A DNA stretch of 60,485 nucleotides, the filler included. It is 4 parts of 4 records of this genome, joined end to end, with 100 filler letters (N's around TTAATTAATTAA, not from the genome) between each part and the next. Parts side by side here need not be neighbours in the genome. Positions count along the whole stretch, not along the records: positions 1 to 16,725 come from SRR2962707_4945; 3 more parts are not named here. One strand, 5' to 3'. Below are positions 1 through 9,537 of the stretch, one piece after another. Position numbers and translations under genes: made by a program. The notes beneath the pieces were generated by a model, which was not told the origin of the DNA, made no database searches, and saw nothing but the letters and a program-made list of their open reading frames with translations. Within the stretch, counting starts at the first letter, position 1; each line of letters opens with the position of its first letter.

Positions 1-348
1 ATTGACTATTGCCGGGTGCGGATCGGGCATTTGAAAAACGAAGAACTGCATTTGCTGTTTCTGGATCGTAAAAACCGGCTGATTGCCGATGAATGCCATC
101 AACGCGGCACGGTCGATCATACCCCGGTCTATCCGCGCGAAGTCATCAAACGCGCGCTTGAGCTGCATGCATCCGCGATCATACTGGTCCACAATCATCC
201 CAGCGGGGACGCCACCCCGTCACGCGGTGATATCGAGATGACGCGCAAGATCGTTGATGCCGCCAAGGCGATGGAGATTGCGGTGCATGACCACATCATC
301 ATCAGTCAGGCGGGATATAATTCGTTTAAGACCCTTGGCTTGATTTAA
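1..348 (+). CDS. radC: RadC/JAB-domain protein, C-terminal part (5' truncated by window edge)
   Basis: E-x-[17 protein letters not shown] and JAMM motif [14 protein letters not shown]...DHIII; frame is open to position 1. Confidence 0.93.
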   Translation: MDYCRVRIGHLKNEELHLLFLDRKNRLIADECHQRGTVDHTPVYPREVIKRALELHASAIILVHNHPSGDATPSRGDIEMTRKIVDAAKAMEIAVHDHIIISQAGYNSFKTLGLI

Positions 349-394
349 GGCCGCCACCCTACAGCTCCCCCTATTTCCAACCGGGAAAATTACC

Positions 395-808
395 ATGCCC
401 CATATTGGTTTGATCACGCTTGTTGTACGCGATTACGACGCCGCCATTGCGTTTTATACCGACAAGGTCGGGTTTGAGCTTCTTGAAGATACCGATCTTG
501 GTGATGGCAAACGCTGGGTGATTGTTGGCCCGAAGGGGGCACAGGAAACCCGCATTTTGCTGGCCCGTGCAAGCGGCGAGCGCCAAACATGCATCATCGG
601 CGATCAAACGGGTGGCCGGGTCGGATTTTTCCTCAATACCGATGATTTTGCCCGCGATTATGACCGCATGCGCCAAGCCGGCGTGCCATTTCTCGAACAG
701 CCACGCCATGAACTCTATGGCACGGTGGCGGTATTTGAAGACCTGTATGGCAACAAGTGGGATTTGCTGGAACTGAAAACCAAGCCCACAACCGATCTGG
801 CACGATAA
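395..808 (+). CDS. VOC (glyoxalase/bleomycin resistance) family protein
   Basis: TLVVRDYDAAIAFY N-terminus, KRWV, C-terminal YGTVAVFEDLYGNKWDLLE. Confidence 0.9.
   Translation: MPHIGLITLVVRDYDAAIAFYTDKVGFELLEDTDLGDGKRWVIVGPKGAQETRILLARASGERQTCIIGDQTGGRVGFFLNTDDFARDYDRMRQAGVPFLEQPRHELYGTVAVFEDLYGNKWDLLELKTKPTTDLAR
716..775 (+). repeat. Direct repeat copy 1 (3' part of the VOC gene)
   Basis: TATGGCACGGTGGCGGTATTTGAAGACCT (29 nt) is identical at 716 and 3335; similarity continues to about 60 nt. Confidence 0.9.
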
Positions 809-954
809 GATCTTTGGCCAATCAAAGTGCGACATAGCCACAAAACAAGCCCAAGCCGGCAGAAACAGAAAAGCCTGGTCGGCCATTGGAAATGACCGAC
901 CAGGCAACAGTGACATGTGCTGTTTGTATTGTTGGTTGATGAGAGTATCGAGGA

Positions 955-1428
955 TCAAATCCTGCCTTCGGCAACCAGTTCGCGTGTACGCTTTAATGTG
1001 GATAAAAGGGCGGCTGCGTAGCCCTTATCGCTGTCGAACTGTGCCTGCTCTGCCTGTTCCTCCGGGCCGTTCGGTTCCTTGTCGCGCAGTCCGAGGTAGC
1101 AATAGAATTTGAGCTGAAGGTCGCCCGCCTCATCCTCGAACAATTCGTTGATGATGGCACCTTCACGCGGGCCAGTCGCCTGAAAGAAGGTGACTTTGCG
1201 TTGCGGTTCAAGCGTGATGATCTCACGCAGGTCGGCACCGCCGATCGTGACGTCGCGGACGAAGTGCGTGGCACTTTCCTCTGTGACGTCGCAGCGGGTG
1301 CAGAGGCCTGCCGGGAGGAATTGGCGCGCATCACGGGCCTTCAGTTCGAGGCCTTTCCAAACCTGCGCGCGCGTGAGTTTTGCCTCGCCTTGCGGGTTCA
1401 CCGGGACGGTGGCAGTCGAATAGATCAT
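955..1428 (-). CDS. SRPBCC/START-fold protein (AtaL-like/DUF1857)
   Basis: LTRAQVWKGLELKARDA...F pattern; 157 aa; co-oriented directly downstream of the NmrA gene. Confidence 0.75.
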   Translation of the reverse strand: MIYSTATVPVNPQGEAKLTRAQVWKGLELKARDARQFLPAGLCTRCDVTEESATHFVRDVTIGGADLREIITLEPQRKVTFFQATGPREGAIINELFEDEAGDLQLKFYCYLGLRDKEPNGPEEQAEQAQFDSDKGYAAALLSTLKRTRELVAEGRI

Positions 1429-1467
1429 GTCGATGGTCCTTTTTCGGTGGTGTTGGAATGGAGGCTG

Positions 1468-2331
1468 TCAGCCAGCAATCTGCGCAACATAGTCACGATA
1501 GGAGCGCAGCGGACGGCCAAGCATTGATGTCAACCTGTCGACGTCGCCAGCATCCGGAAGCATGCCATCGGTCAGGAAACGCTCCGCCATCAAGCGCATG
1601 TCGAATGCCATCCAACTTGGCATAAACTGACGCAAGTTCTGTTCGAACCCGGCGGTATCGTTGCCGGGAAAGGCGATTGCACGACCAAGGACATCGCCCC
1701 AAATCGTGGCGGCATCGTTGCCGGTCAGCGTGTCCGGACCAACGAGATTAATGCGGTTGAGCGGCAACGGGGTTGCTGACTGTTCGCGACGGATCAATTC
1801 GAGTGCGGCAATTTCGCCGACATCACGTGCGTCGATCATCGCAAGGCCCTTCTCGCCAATCGGCATCGGATAGATGCCATAATTGGTAACCACATCCTTG
1901 ATCGTGATCTCGTTATCCATGTAATAGGCCGGGCGCAGAATGGTCGCACCAAGACCCATGTGTTCGATCATCCGCTCTACGCCAAACTTCCCGGCAAAAT
2001 GCGGCACGTTGACGTAGATATCGCTGTGGATTACCGACAGGTATACAATCCGCTCAATCCCGGCCTCACGGGCAAGGTTGAGAGCAATCAGCGCCTGCGT
2101 GTATTCGTCGGCAACAACCCCGTTTAGCAGGAACAGGGTGGAGACGCCCGACATGGCGTGCCGCAGTGAGTCTACGTCAAGCAGATCCCCTTGGACGACT
2201 TCCACGCTGATCGGGAAACTCGCTTTAGACGGATCACGGACCAGCGCACGTACATCGGCACCACGGTTCACAAGTTGTTCGACGACATTACGACCGACAT
2301 TTCCAGTCGCACCGGTGATTAGAATGGTCAT
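1468..2331 (-). CDS. NmrA-like / atypical SDR NAD(P)H-binding protein
   Basis: ILITGATGNVG Rossmann motif, TILRPAYYM, IDARDVG. Confidence 0.9.
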   Translation of the reverse strand: MTILITGATGNVGRNVVEQLVNRGADVRALVRDPSKASFPISVEVVQGDLLDVDSLRHAMSGVSTLFLLNGVVADEYTQALIALNLAREAGIERIVYLSVIHSDIYVNVPHFAGKFGVERMIEHMGLGATILRPAYYMDNEITIKDVVTNYGIYPMPIGEKGLAMIDARDVGEIAALELIRREQSATPLPLNRINLVGPDTLTGNDAATIWGDVLGRAIAFPGNDTAGFEQNLRQFMPSWMAFDMRLMAERFLTDGMLPDAGDVDRLTSMLGRPLRSYRDYVAQIAG

Positions 2332-2417
2332 GGCTTCTCTCCTTGGTTGAGCAATTTGACTGCCCCCAATTTAATGATCCACATTGATGCGAATAGACGC
2401 TATATTTAGACAGATCG

Positions 2418-2430
2418 TCTCACTGGTGGA
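2418..2430. promoter_or_regulatory. Putative LysR T-N11-A box in the divergent nmrA/lysR intergenic region
   Basis: TCTCACTGGTGGA with partial dyad, immediately before the lysR ATG at 2435. Confidence 0.35.
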
Positions 2431-2434
2431 ACAT

Positions 2435-3328
2435 ATGAATCTTCTTGCCCTTGCCGATTTCAATCTGGTTGCCCGCCACGAAGGGTTTGGAAAAGCGTCG
2501 CGCGCCACCGGCCGCCCAAAAGCGACACTGTCGCGACGCGTCGCAGAGCTTGAGGCGAGCCTTGAGCTGCGCTTGTTCGAGCGCGGCGCACGGATACTAA
2601 AGCTGACAGAGGAAGGAAGAGCCCTGTTCGAGCGGACGAGCCAGTTGTTCACCGAACTCGACGAAACAACTGCGGCAATCGCCTCTGGTGGACGCGAACC
2701 GAGGGGACGGCTTCGGATCAGTGCGCCGCTACTGTTTTCGCAGACTGCGATGGGTAAGTTGGCCGCAGACTTTGCCCTTAAGTATCCGAGGGTCCAGCTT
2801 GAAGTCACGACCGAAGATCGGCCCGTCGATATGATCGAGGAAGCCTATGATCTGGTGATAAGGGTCAACCCGGAGCCCGATGAAAGTCTGGTTGGAAGAG
2901 CTTTCCTTCATGACCGACTGGTGATCGTTGCCAGCCCTGATCTGACGCCACCAGTAGACGGCTCCGCCGTTCCGGCTGTCGTGCGGGGCCAAGTCCGCCA
3001 GGACGAAATCTGGAATGTGAAAACGCCGAAGGGCCCATCAAAGATCGTGGTCAACCCGGTGCTGAGCCTGTCGTCACTGGTCATGGTCCGGGATGCCGTA
3101 CGCAAAGGGGTTGGCGCCGGACGACTTCCAGTGTCCCTCGTCGGTCACGATATTGGCGACGGCACGCTGGTGCAGTGGGGCGATGTTGACGGGAATGAAA
3201 TCACCTTGTGGGCGCTCTACCCGTCTCGCCGATTGCTAAGCGCGCGCGTGTCGGCATTCCTCGACTTTTTACGAGAGGCCTTTCCCAAAGGAACACCCGA
3301 TGAGCTCGCGGCCTATGTGGGAAAATAA
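2435..3328 (+). CDS. LysR-family transcriptional regulator (CrgA-like)
   Basis: N-terminal HTH (F..VA..GFGKASRA...KATLSRRVAELE), PRGRLRISAP, substrate-binding domain; divergent from nmrA; start chosen at MNLLAL. Confidence 0.93.
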   Translation: MNLLALADFNLVARHEGFGKASRATGRPKATLSRRVAELEASLELRLFERGARILKLTEEGRALFERTSQLFTELDETTAAIASGGREPRGRLRISAPLLFSQTAMGKLAADFALKYPRVQLEVTTEDRPVDMIEEAYDLVIRVNPEPDESLVGRAFLHDRLVIVASPDLTPPVDGSAVPAVVRGQVRQDEIWNVKTPKGPSKIVVNPVLSLSSLVMVRDAVRKGVGAGRLPVSLVGHDIGDGTLVQWGDVDGNEITLWALYPSRRLLSARVSAFLDFLREAFPKGTPDELAAYVGK

Positions 3329-3331
3329 AGG

Positions 3332-3395
3332 CCATATGGCACGGTGGCGGTATTTGAAGACCTTATATGACAACAAGTGGGATTTTCTTGAGCTC
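3332..3395 (+). pseudogene. Frameshifted remnant of a VOC gene 3' end (direct repeat copy 2)
   Basis: Reads PYGTVAVFEDL, then +1 nt, then YDNKWDFLEL; most differences from copy 1 fall at third codon positions. Confidence 0.8.
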
Positions 3396-3412
3396 GGCAC
3401 ATAAGCCTGTAG

Positions 3413-3787
3413 TTACCCAACCACCTTGTGTCCACGGCCAGCCATACAGTTTCCAATAATCTCTTCACGTTTTTCGATATTTTCGTAGGCGGCTGATCCA
3501 GCGCCAAGAGCTGCACCGATCCCAAGACCGACGAGCAACCCTTCCCAACTATTCGAAATAGCTCCGACGACACCACCCAGCGCGGCACCAATCGTGGCGT
3601 CGGTTTTGGCTTTCCCGCCGAGATATTCACTTTGTTTGGAGAGTCCCCGGCATTCGCCAAGATCGACCTGATATTTTTCATCACGCGGTCCATCAACAAC
3701 AGGTTCGTATTCGCTCCCGGTGCCACTGCACGCAGACAGAACAAGAATGGTAAGCGGGAGAACAAGGCGCAATTGCACACGGATCAT
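3413..3787 (-). CDS. Glycine-zipper lipoprotein
   Basis: Lipobox LSAC; GAALGGVVGA...GIGAALGAG zipper; C-terminal CMAGRGHKV. Confidence 0.8.
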   Translation of the reverse strand: MIRVQLRLVLPLTILVLSACSGTGSEYEPVVDGPRDEKYQVDLGECRGLSKQSEYLGGKAKTDATIGAALGGVVGAISNSWEGLLVGLGIGAALGAGSAAYENIEKREEIIGNCMAGRGHKVVG

Positions 3788-3928
3788 CGCAGTAATCCTG
3801 AAAAAAGGACGGACCGGCGGTTGGATAGAAGCTTGGTAAACCGGCCCGTCAGGTCGGCAAAGCAGGATTGCTCGCCAACACGTTATGGAGACATGAGGGG
3901 TGAGACGATAAAGAAGCTTCCTTAGCCC

Positions 3929-4783
3929 CTAGAAGCTGTAAACAAGACCGATACCGGCACTGAAAACATAATCCTCATCAATGATCGGGCTGTCGGTATA
4001 CTGGTCTGGCAGATACTGGAAACCGTGGGTTCCAATCAGGGTGATTTGCTCCGTCAACGGGTAGGTGACGGTGAAATCGATATATGGAATGAAGGCTGCA
4101 TCTGGCGCATAATATGCCCGGTCGCTACGAACTTCCTTGCGACGAACACCAACCATGTGATCAACAAGTTTATCGCTTTGCCAGGTAACGCCGCCGCCCC
4201 AGCTGAAACTCACGTCCCCCCATTGCTCCGGGACGACATAAGATACATCCACCTGATGACCATCATGGGCGTCGTTAACATCGGTAAGATAGTTGGTAAT
4301 TAACGCACCGCGCCAGATGTTGGCAGAGAAACCAAGACCGGCCTCAAATGCCATGTCCCGTTCTTCCATCCCGCGAAGATAATTGCCATCGCCGTTATCA
4401 AACGGTTCGGTCCGAACTGACCCGATCAGCGACGCGCTAAAGACATCGTTTTTAAAGAACTTGATGTCGATACCATCCACACCGATATGCATGCGTTCAG
4501 AATCATAAGCAGCAATCGGCAGCAGACCAAGCTCAACATCATCAGTCCCGCGATATGGATTATTTGATGCACCACCGAATGCACCAATTTGCCAGCTTCC
4601 GTCGAACCATGGGTCGACGGCACCGCCGGTTTTCGGGTTGACCTGATCGCGGAGAATTTCCTTTGTCGCCTGCTGGGCCTGCGCAGGAGACGCGAACAAC
4701 ATCAGAAGTGCCATAAGACACAACGCCACCCCGACGACCACCATACTGTCACCGGCACGACGCAAAACGTAATTTTCAGACAT
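3929..4783 (-). CDS. mipA: MipA/OmpV family outer-membrane beta-barrel (copy 1)
   Basis: Signal peptide AQA, NPYRG...LP, YLRGM.ERD, YTDSPII, terminal YSF beta-signal. Confidence 0.85.
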   Translation of the reverse strand: MSENYVLRRAGDSMVVVGVALCLMALLMLFASPAQAQQATKEILRDQVNPKTGGAVDPWFDGSWQIGAFGGASNNPYRGTDDVELGLLPIAAYDSERMHIGVDGIDIKFFKNDVFSASLIGSVRTEPFDNGDGNYLRGMEERDMAFEAGLGFSANIWRGALITNYLTDVNDAHDGHQVDVSYVVPEQWGDVSFSWGGGVTWQSDKLVDHMVGVRRKEVRSDRAYYAPDAAFIPYIDFTVTYPLTEQITLIGTHGFQYLPDQYTDSPIIDEDYVFSAGIGLVYSF

Positions 4784-4840
4784 CTATTTAAACACCTTGA
4801 GATTGGAAGGTGTGCAGAAGCTGCCTGATAACGTTTTGTT

Positions 4841-4906
4841 TGGCGACCGGCCCTATATCCTCGAACCGGATATCAATAATCTCAGGGTACGAATGATCAT
4901 TCTCAC
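4841..4906. promoter_or_regulatory. Conserved upstream boxes of mipA copy 1 (candidate AraC operator)
   Basis: TGGCGACCG-N4-TATAT-N2-TCGAAC (4841-4866) and GTACGAATGATCATTCTCAC (4887-4906) align without gaps to 14398-14463. Confidence 0.65.
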
Positions 4907-4921
4907 CGGCTAAGAATTTGA

Positions 4922-6133
4922 TTATTTTGAATTTTCAATGCGATACGCGCTTGGTGTTTTGCCGGTGATTTTTTTAAAGGCCAGATTGAAAGTTGACTTG
5001 GAATTGAAGCCGACACTGGTCGCAATATCGAGAACCGTGCGATCCGGCTCATCAATCAGAAGTATCGACGCCTCTTTGGTGCGGACTTCATTGACGAAAT
5101 CAAAGAAGCTTTTGCCGAGATGCTGATTAAGAACATGGGACAACTGGTTTGGCGTGGCCCCGACCATATTCGCAAGTTTGGGCATCGATAAAAGCGGATC
5201 AAACATCGTATCGGTGCTATCCACAATACGCGTCAGGCGTTCGCGAATACGCACGACGTCATCATCTTCAAGAAGTGATTTCCGCATGTCGGCCACAACA
5301 GGTGAAATCGCGCCCTTCCCAGCTGAGGTAACCGATCCATCTGATTCCTGAGGATCGCTTTCCTGCCATTCGGCTTGAACGAACAAGGCGGGGTTCGATG
5401 CCAAAAGATGACACATCCGGAAAAATACGACGGCAAAACTGCCCTGAACAAGGGTGGTCAGCCATGTTCCATCGTCAACAAAGACGTCGATGACGGACGT
5501 CATGGTGAAAATCAGGAAAATAACGGTAATGCCGATCAGGATCTCAAGCGTCCAGCGCCGCAAGGCCAACTGATCCGCACCAAGCTGTTCACCAGCCTGT
5601 CGCAGATACCCAAGGGCGACTTTCCATATCTTGGGCATATAGGCAAAAAGCTGGACATAAAGCCCGATAAAGACAGTCATCAGGAGAACTGACAGCCAGA
5701 TGTGCTGATCAATGGCAACATCGATTTCGACATCGGTGCCATGAATGATTTCTGGCACGAACTGATCAAACAGAATCCACACCACTCCGGACGTTGCCAC
5801 CAGAACCGGAAGCAGAACCACGAAATGATAGATTGGTCGACGTACCGGCCGGTCTGCAATTTCGCGAAAATACAGATAAATGGACGGCACGAAGGCAAAG
5901 GTCATCGACATGAAAACCGGTGCCATCAACAGCATCCATTTGGGAGTCAGCAAAACGTCGGTGATGTCTTCGATAAAGCTTAGACAGGATGCAAAGGCAA
6001 AGACCATCAGCCAACGGTTGGCGCGAAATGCGCGCTTGCCCTCGTGCCGGAGCAGCAACATCAGAAATCCTGCCTGTGCCAACCCCACAATGGCAATGAT
6101 CATCAGTACAAGTTTGGGGATTTCTGTGGTCAT
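4922..6133 (-). CDS. Membrane-anchored AraC/XylS regulator (multi-TM N-terminus, C-terminal HTH), paralog 1
   Basis: About 6-7 hydrophobic segments; C-terminal FFDFVNEVR...IATSVGFNSKSTFNLAFKKITGKTPSAYR. Confidence 0.9.
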   Translation of the reverse strand: MTTEIPKLVLMIIAIVGLAQAGFLMLLLRHEGKRAFRANRWLMVFAFASCLSFIEDITDVLLTPKWMLLMAPVFMSMTFAFVPSIYLYFREIADRPVRRPIYHFVVLLPVLVATSGVVWILFDQFVPEIIHGTDVEIDVAIDQHIWLSVLLMTVFIGLYVQLFAYMPKIWKVALGYLRQAGEQLGADQLALRRWTLEILIGITVIFLIFTMTSVIDVFVDDGTWLTTLVQGSFAVVFFRMCHLLASNPALFVQAEWQESDPQESDGSVTSAGKGAISPVVADMRKSLLEDDDVVRIRERLTRIVDSTDTMFDPLLSMPKLANMVGATPNQLSHVLNQHLGKSFFDFVNEVRTKEASILLIDEPDRTVLDIATSVGFNSKSTFNLAFKKITGKTPSAYRIENSK

Positions 6134-6164
6134 TCTGCTATGTCCGGTTTGGATATCACAAATC

Positions 6165-7379
6165 TTAGTTTCCGCTCGGAGTGATTGGCGTCAACCCGAA
6201 GCGTGTAGACAGATCCAGACCATCCGGTTTGGTGATGGCCTGGGTGCGATAGTGACTGGGTGTCATACCGGTAACGCGCTTGAAAGCAAGGTTGAATGTC
6301 GATTTGGAGTTAAAGCCTACCTCCATTGCGATATCAATGATCGTGCGGTCGTGCTCGGCGCATAACAGCCCTGCCGCCCTGTGAACACGCACGCTATTGA
6401 CGAATTCAAAGAAGGATTGGCCCAACACATTGTTCAGCGTATGGGATAACTGATTGGGGGTAACACCGATCCGGGTGGCAAGTTTGGGCATCGTCAAAAG
6501 CGGATCAAACAATGTTTGTCCGTCGCCGGCAACCTGCTCCAGCCGTTTGCAAATCTGCGCGGTCTGATACTCATCCATCACCGAACGACGTTCCGGGCGC
6601 AGATCATTTATCCCCGTTTGTTCATGGGCGTTCCCTGTCCGGAAAGGCTGACTTGCCAGCAGGAAATTCAGACGCAGCAGAACAAGCACAAATCCAAGAT
6701 TGACCAGCATATTTGACCAGTGCATGTCGCGTGACACCATCTGCAACAACTGTGACAGGACAAATGCCACCAGTGCAGAGTGCAGACACAAAACCACGCC
6801 ACGTACCCATCGACGCCGCAGCAGACTGTCGTGATCGCCCTTGGCCTTGAGCATTTTTGTATATCGATGCGCCACCCGACTAAGAGCAATGTGATAAACT
6901 GACACAAAAACAAACAGCCCAACAAGCAACCCGGTCGCCACCAGGCTGAGGTCAAAATCCGTATCAAAGGTGATGTGCAGCGGGTCACCGCCAAACAGCC
7001 GGTCACCGTAACGAATGAAAACCATCACCATCATTGCCGCCACGGCACAACAGGCCAAAGGTACCGCCAGCATATGGAGCCAGGGCCTATCTGGTAGATC
7101 CCCCGACATTTCCCGAAAATAGAGATACACCGCAGGGGCAAGCGCAAAATAGGCGCTGAAAAGAAGCGGTTCGAGCAAAAGCGCCACCGCAGTACCACCC
7201 AGCAGCAGAACAATGTCGCGGGCAAATGACATCGACAATGCCAACAGGAAAATACCCATCCAGCGGTTCACGTGCCAGGCACTTGTTCCTTCATTACGCA
7301 GAACCAGCAGCAAAAGGCCCGCCTGGACCATCCCGGTCACAGAGATCATGAATGACAGGATATCGATGGTCTCAAACAT
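6165..7379 (-). CDS. Membrane-anchored AraC/XylS regulator, paralog 2
   Basis: Same architecture; IAMEVGFNSKSTFNLAFKRVTGMTPSHYR. Confidence 0.9.
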   Translation of the reverse strand: MFETIDILSFMISVTGMVQAGLLLLVLRNEGTSAWHVNRWMGIFLLALSMSFARDIVLLLGGTAVALLLEPLLFSAYFALAPAVYLYFREMSGDLPDRPWLHMLAVPLACCAVAAMMVMVFIRYGDRLFGGDPLHITFDTDFDLSLVATGLLVGLFVFVSVYHIALSRVAHRYTKMLKAKGDHDSLLRRRWVRGVVLCLHSALVAFVLSQLLQMVSRDMHWSNMLVNLGFVLVLLRLNFLLASQPFRTGNAHEQTGINDLRPERRSVMDEYQTAQICKRLEQVAGDGQTLFDPLLTMPKLATRIGVTPNQLSHTLNNVLGQSFFEFVNSVRVHRAAGLLCAEHDRTIIDIAMEVGFNSKSTFNLAFKRVTGMTPSHYRTQAITKPDGLDLSTRFGLTPITPSGN

Positions 7380-7821
7380 GTTGGGTCATGCCGCTCAGAG
7401 GTTGGTTTTCTGTACGCAGTAACCCGTACCGCGTAAAATCATGTTTCTCAACGCTTAAGTGACCGCCTTGCGCTTTGGTGCCCGATTCGCAAGATTGAAG
7501 TCCCCTCAAAGCCTTGAATGTGAAGTATTTCACATCAAAAATACAACTTTTCCGGGTTACATCACATTTCCCTGAATATCGAATGGTGACCTGATATCCA
7601 AATTGTCACCCGTGTCGTGCATGTTTAGATTATCAGTCAACTCACGCAGTTTACGCAAATTTCCGCTATGAAATGGACAATATTGCGCAAAATTCCACCA
7701 TTTGTTTCATCAATGTGAAATCACGACTTGCAGTTGACGCATGGCAGCCTCAGTATTTTTGCGTACGTACTTTCAGGGAGTACGTCACAACAAATCAAAA
7801 TTGTTGAGGGAGACATTTCAC

Positions 7822-9456
7822 ATGTCACAAAATGCGATGACCACAAAGGGTCTCGTGAGCGGACTGATAAAGTCGTCACGGGCCTTTGTGCTGGGGACCG
7901 CCTTGATTGCCGGGTCGATGACCATGTTGTCCTCCACCCACGCGCAAGCCGAAAAGATTCTGCGGGTCGGGAATGATGGCGAACCACAATCCATGGACCC
8001 ACATTTCATCTCGACCGTTCAGACCAGCCGTGTTTCCGATGATATGTCACTGGGTCTTCTGACATATGGCCCGGATGGGCAGCCGGTCCCCGGAGCGGCC
8101 GAAAGCTGGACCGTTTCAGACGACGGGATGACATATACCTTTAAAATCCGCGATCATAACTGGTCAGATGGCACTCCGGTCACCGCACAGGACTTCATCG
8201 CAGGGTGGCAACGCCTTCTTGATCCGGCACTGGGTGCTGAATATGCGTCGCTTTTGTACATCATTGAAGGTGCCGAAGACGTCAACACCGGCAAAGATGG
8301 CGCGAAACTCGCGGCAACTGCCGTTGACGACCATACCCTTAAGGTCAAACTGACGGCACCAGCCCCTTATTTTCTGGCACAATTGACCCATCAGACCGCC
8401 TTTGCCATTCCCCGTCATACGGTGGAAAAATATGGCAAGGACTGGGTAAAGCCGGAAAACATCGTCGTGAATGGCCCTTACAAACTGGTTGAATGGGTTC
8501 CGAACGTTCATACCAAACTGGTCAAAAACGAAGAATTTTATGACGCCAAGAACGTTCCGATCGACGAGGTCATTTATTACGCCTACGAAGATCGCACCGC
8601 GATGCAAAACCGGTTCCGCGCCAATGAACTTGACGTCGCACGTGACATCGCATCCGAACAAATTTCCTGGTTGCGTGACAATCTGAGCGACAGCCTGCGC
8701 ATCGCGCCCTATGCGGGCATTTATTATTACGCGATCCGAACCGACAAAGAAAAGTTCGCCGATCCACGCGTGCGCAAGGCACTTTCGCTTGCCATCAACC
8801 GCGAAGCCATCACCGATGCGGTTCTGAAAACCGGTGAACTTCCGGCATATTCCTTCGTGCCACCGGGAACGGGCAACTATACCGAACCGGCCTATGTTTC
8901 ATGGAAAGACCTGCCCTATGGCGAGAAGGTCGCAGAAGCCAAGAAACTGATGGCAGAGGCAGGCTATGGGCCGGACAATCCATTGAAATTCACCCTGCGC
9001 TACAACACGTCGGAAAACCACAAACGCATCGCGATTGCGGCGCAAAACATGTGGAAACAGATCGGTGTCGAAGCGGACCTGTTTAACACCGAAGGCAAAA
9101 TCCATTATGCCGACCTGAAAGTTGGTGATTTCGAAGTCGCCCGCGCAGGCTGGATTGCCGATTACAACGATGCACAGAACTTCCTGTTCCTTGGTGAAGA
9201 ACGCACCGGCCCGCTGAATTATGCCGCGTTCGATAACCCACGCTATAACGAACTCATGCTGGACGCCGAAAACGAAGGCGACCTGAAAAAGCGTGCAGAC
9301 CTGATGCATCAGGCCGAAGCCATCATGATGGAGGCCCAGCCCTACATCCCGATTTACTACTATGTCTCGAAACAGCTTGTATCGCCAAAGATCAAGGGCT
9401 GGATCGATAATGCCCCGGATCGTCACCTGACCCGCTGGCTCGACATCGCCGAGTAA
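7822..9456 (+). CDS. oppA: Oligopeptide ABC transporter substrate-binding protein
   Basis: Signal peptide, EPQSMDP, GAAESWTVSDDG.TYTFKIR, NGPYKL, RAGWIADY; GAGGGAG RBS before ATG 7822. Confidence 0.95.
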   Translation: MSQNAMTTKGLVSGLIKSSRAFVLGTALIAGSMTMLSSTHAQAEKILRVGNDGEPQSMDPHFISTVQTSRVSDDMSLGLLTYGPDGQPVPGAAESWTVSDDGMTYTFKIRDHNWSDGTPVTAQDFIAGWQRLLDPALGAEYASLLYIIEGAEDVNTGKDGAKLAATAVDDHTLKVKLTAPAPYFLAQLTHQTAFAIPRHTVEKYGKDWVKPENIVVNGPYKLVEWVPNVHTKLVKNEEFYDAKNVPIDEVIYYAYEDRTAMQNRFRANELDVARDIASEQISWLRDNLSDSLRIAPYAGIYYYAIRTDKEKFADPRVRKALSLAINREAITDAVLKTGELPAYSFVPPGTGNYTEPAYVSWKDLPYGEKVAEAKKLMAEAGYGPDNPLKFTLRYNTSENHKRIAIAAQNMWKQIGVEADLFNTEGKIHYADLKVGDFEVARAGWIADYNDAQNFLFLGEERTGPLNYAAFDNPRYNELMLDAENEGDLKKRADLMHQAEAIMMEAQPYIPIYYYVSKQLVSPKIKGWIDNAPDRHLTRWLDIAE

Positions 9457-9469
9457 ATTTCGCCTTGGT

Positions 9470-9511
9470 ATCGCAGGCTTTGAAGGCGTCCTCCCGCCCA
9501 AGGCCTGCGAT
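9470..9511 (+). other. Intercistronic stem-loop between oppA and oppB
   Basis: ATCGCAGG...CCTGCGAT inverted repeat with no U-tract; typical mRNA-stabilising or attenuating hairpin. Confidence 0.45.
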
Positions 9512-9537
9512 CACCCCGACGGGGATGAGAGAGAAAT

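Noticed and set aside
1-348. radC as a marker of a mobile or anti-defence island
   Set aside because: Looks like the ordinary chromosomal alphaproteobacterial radC; no integrase, transposase or defence genes nearby
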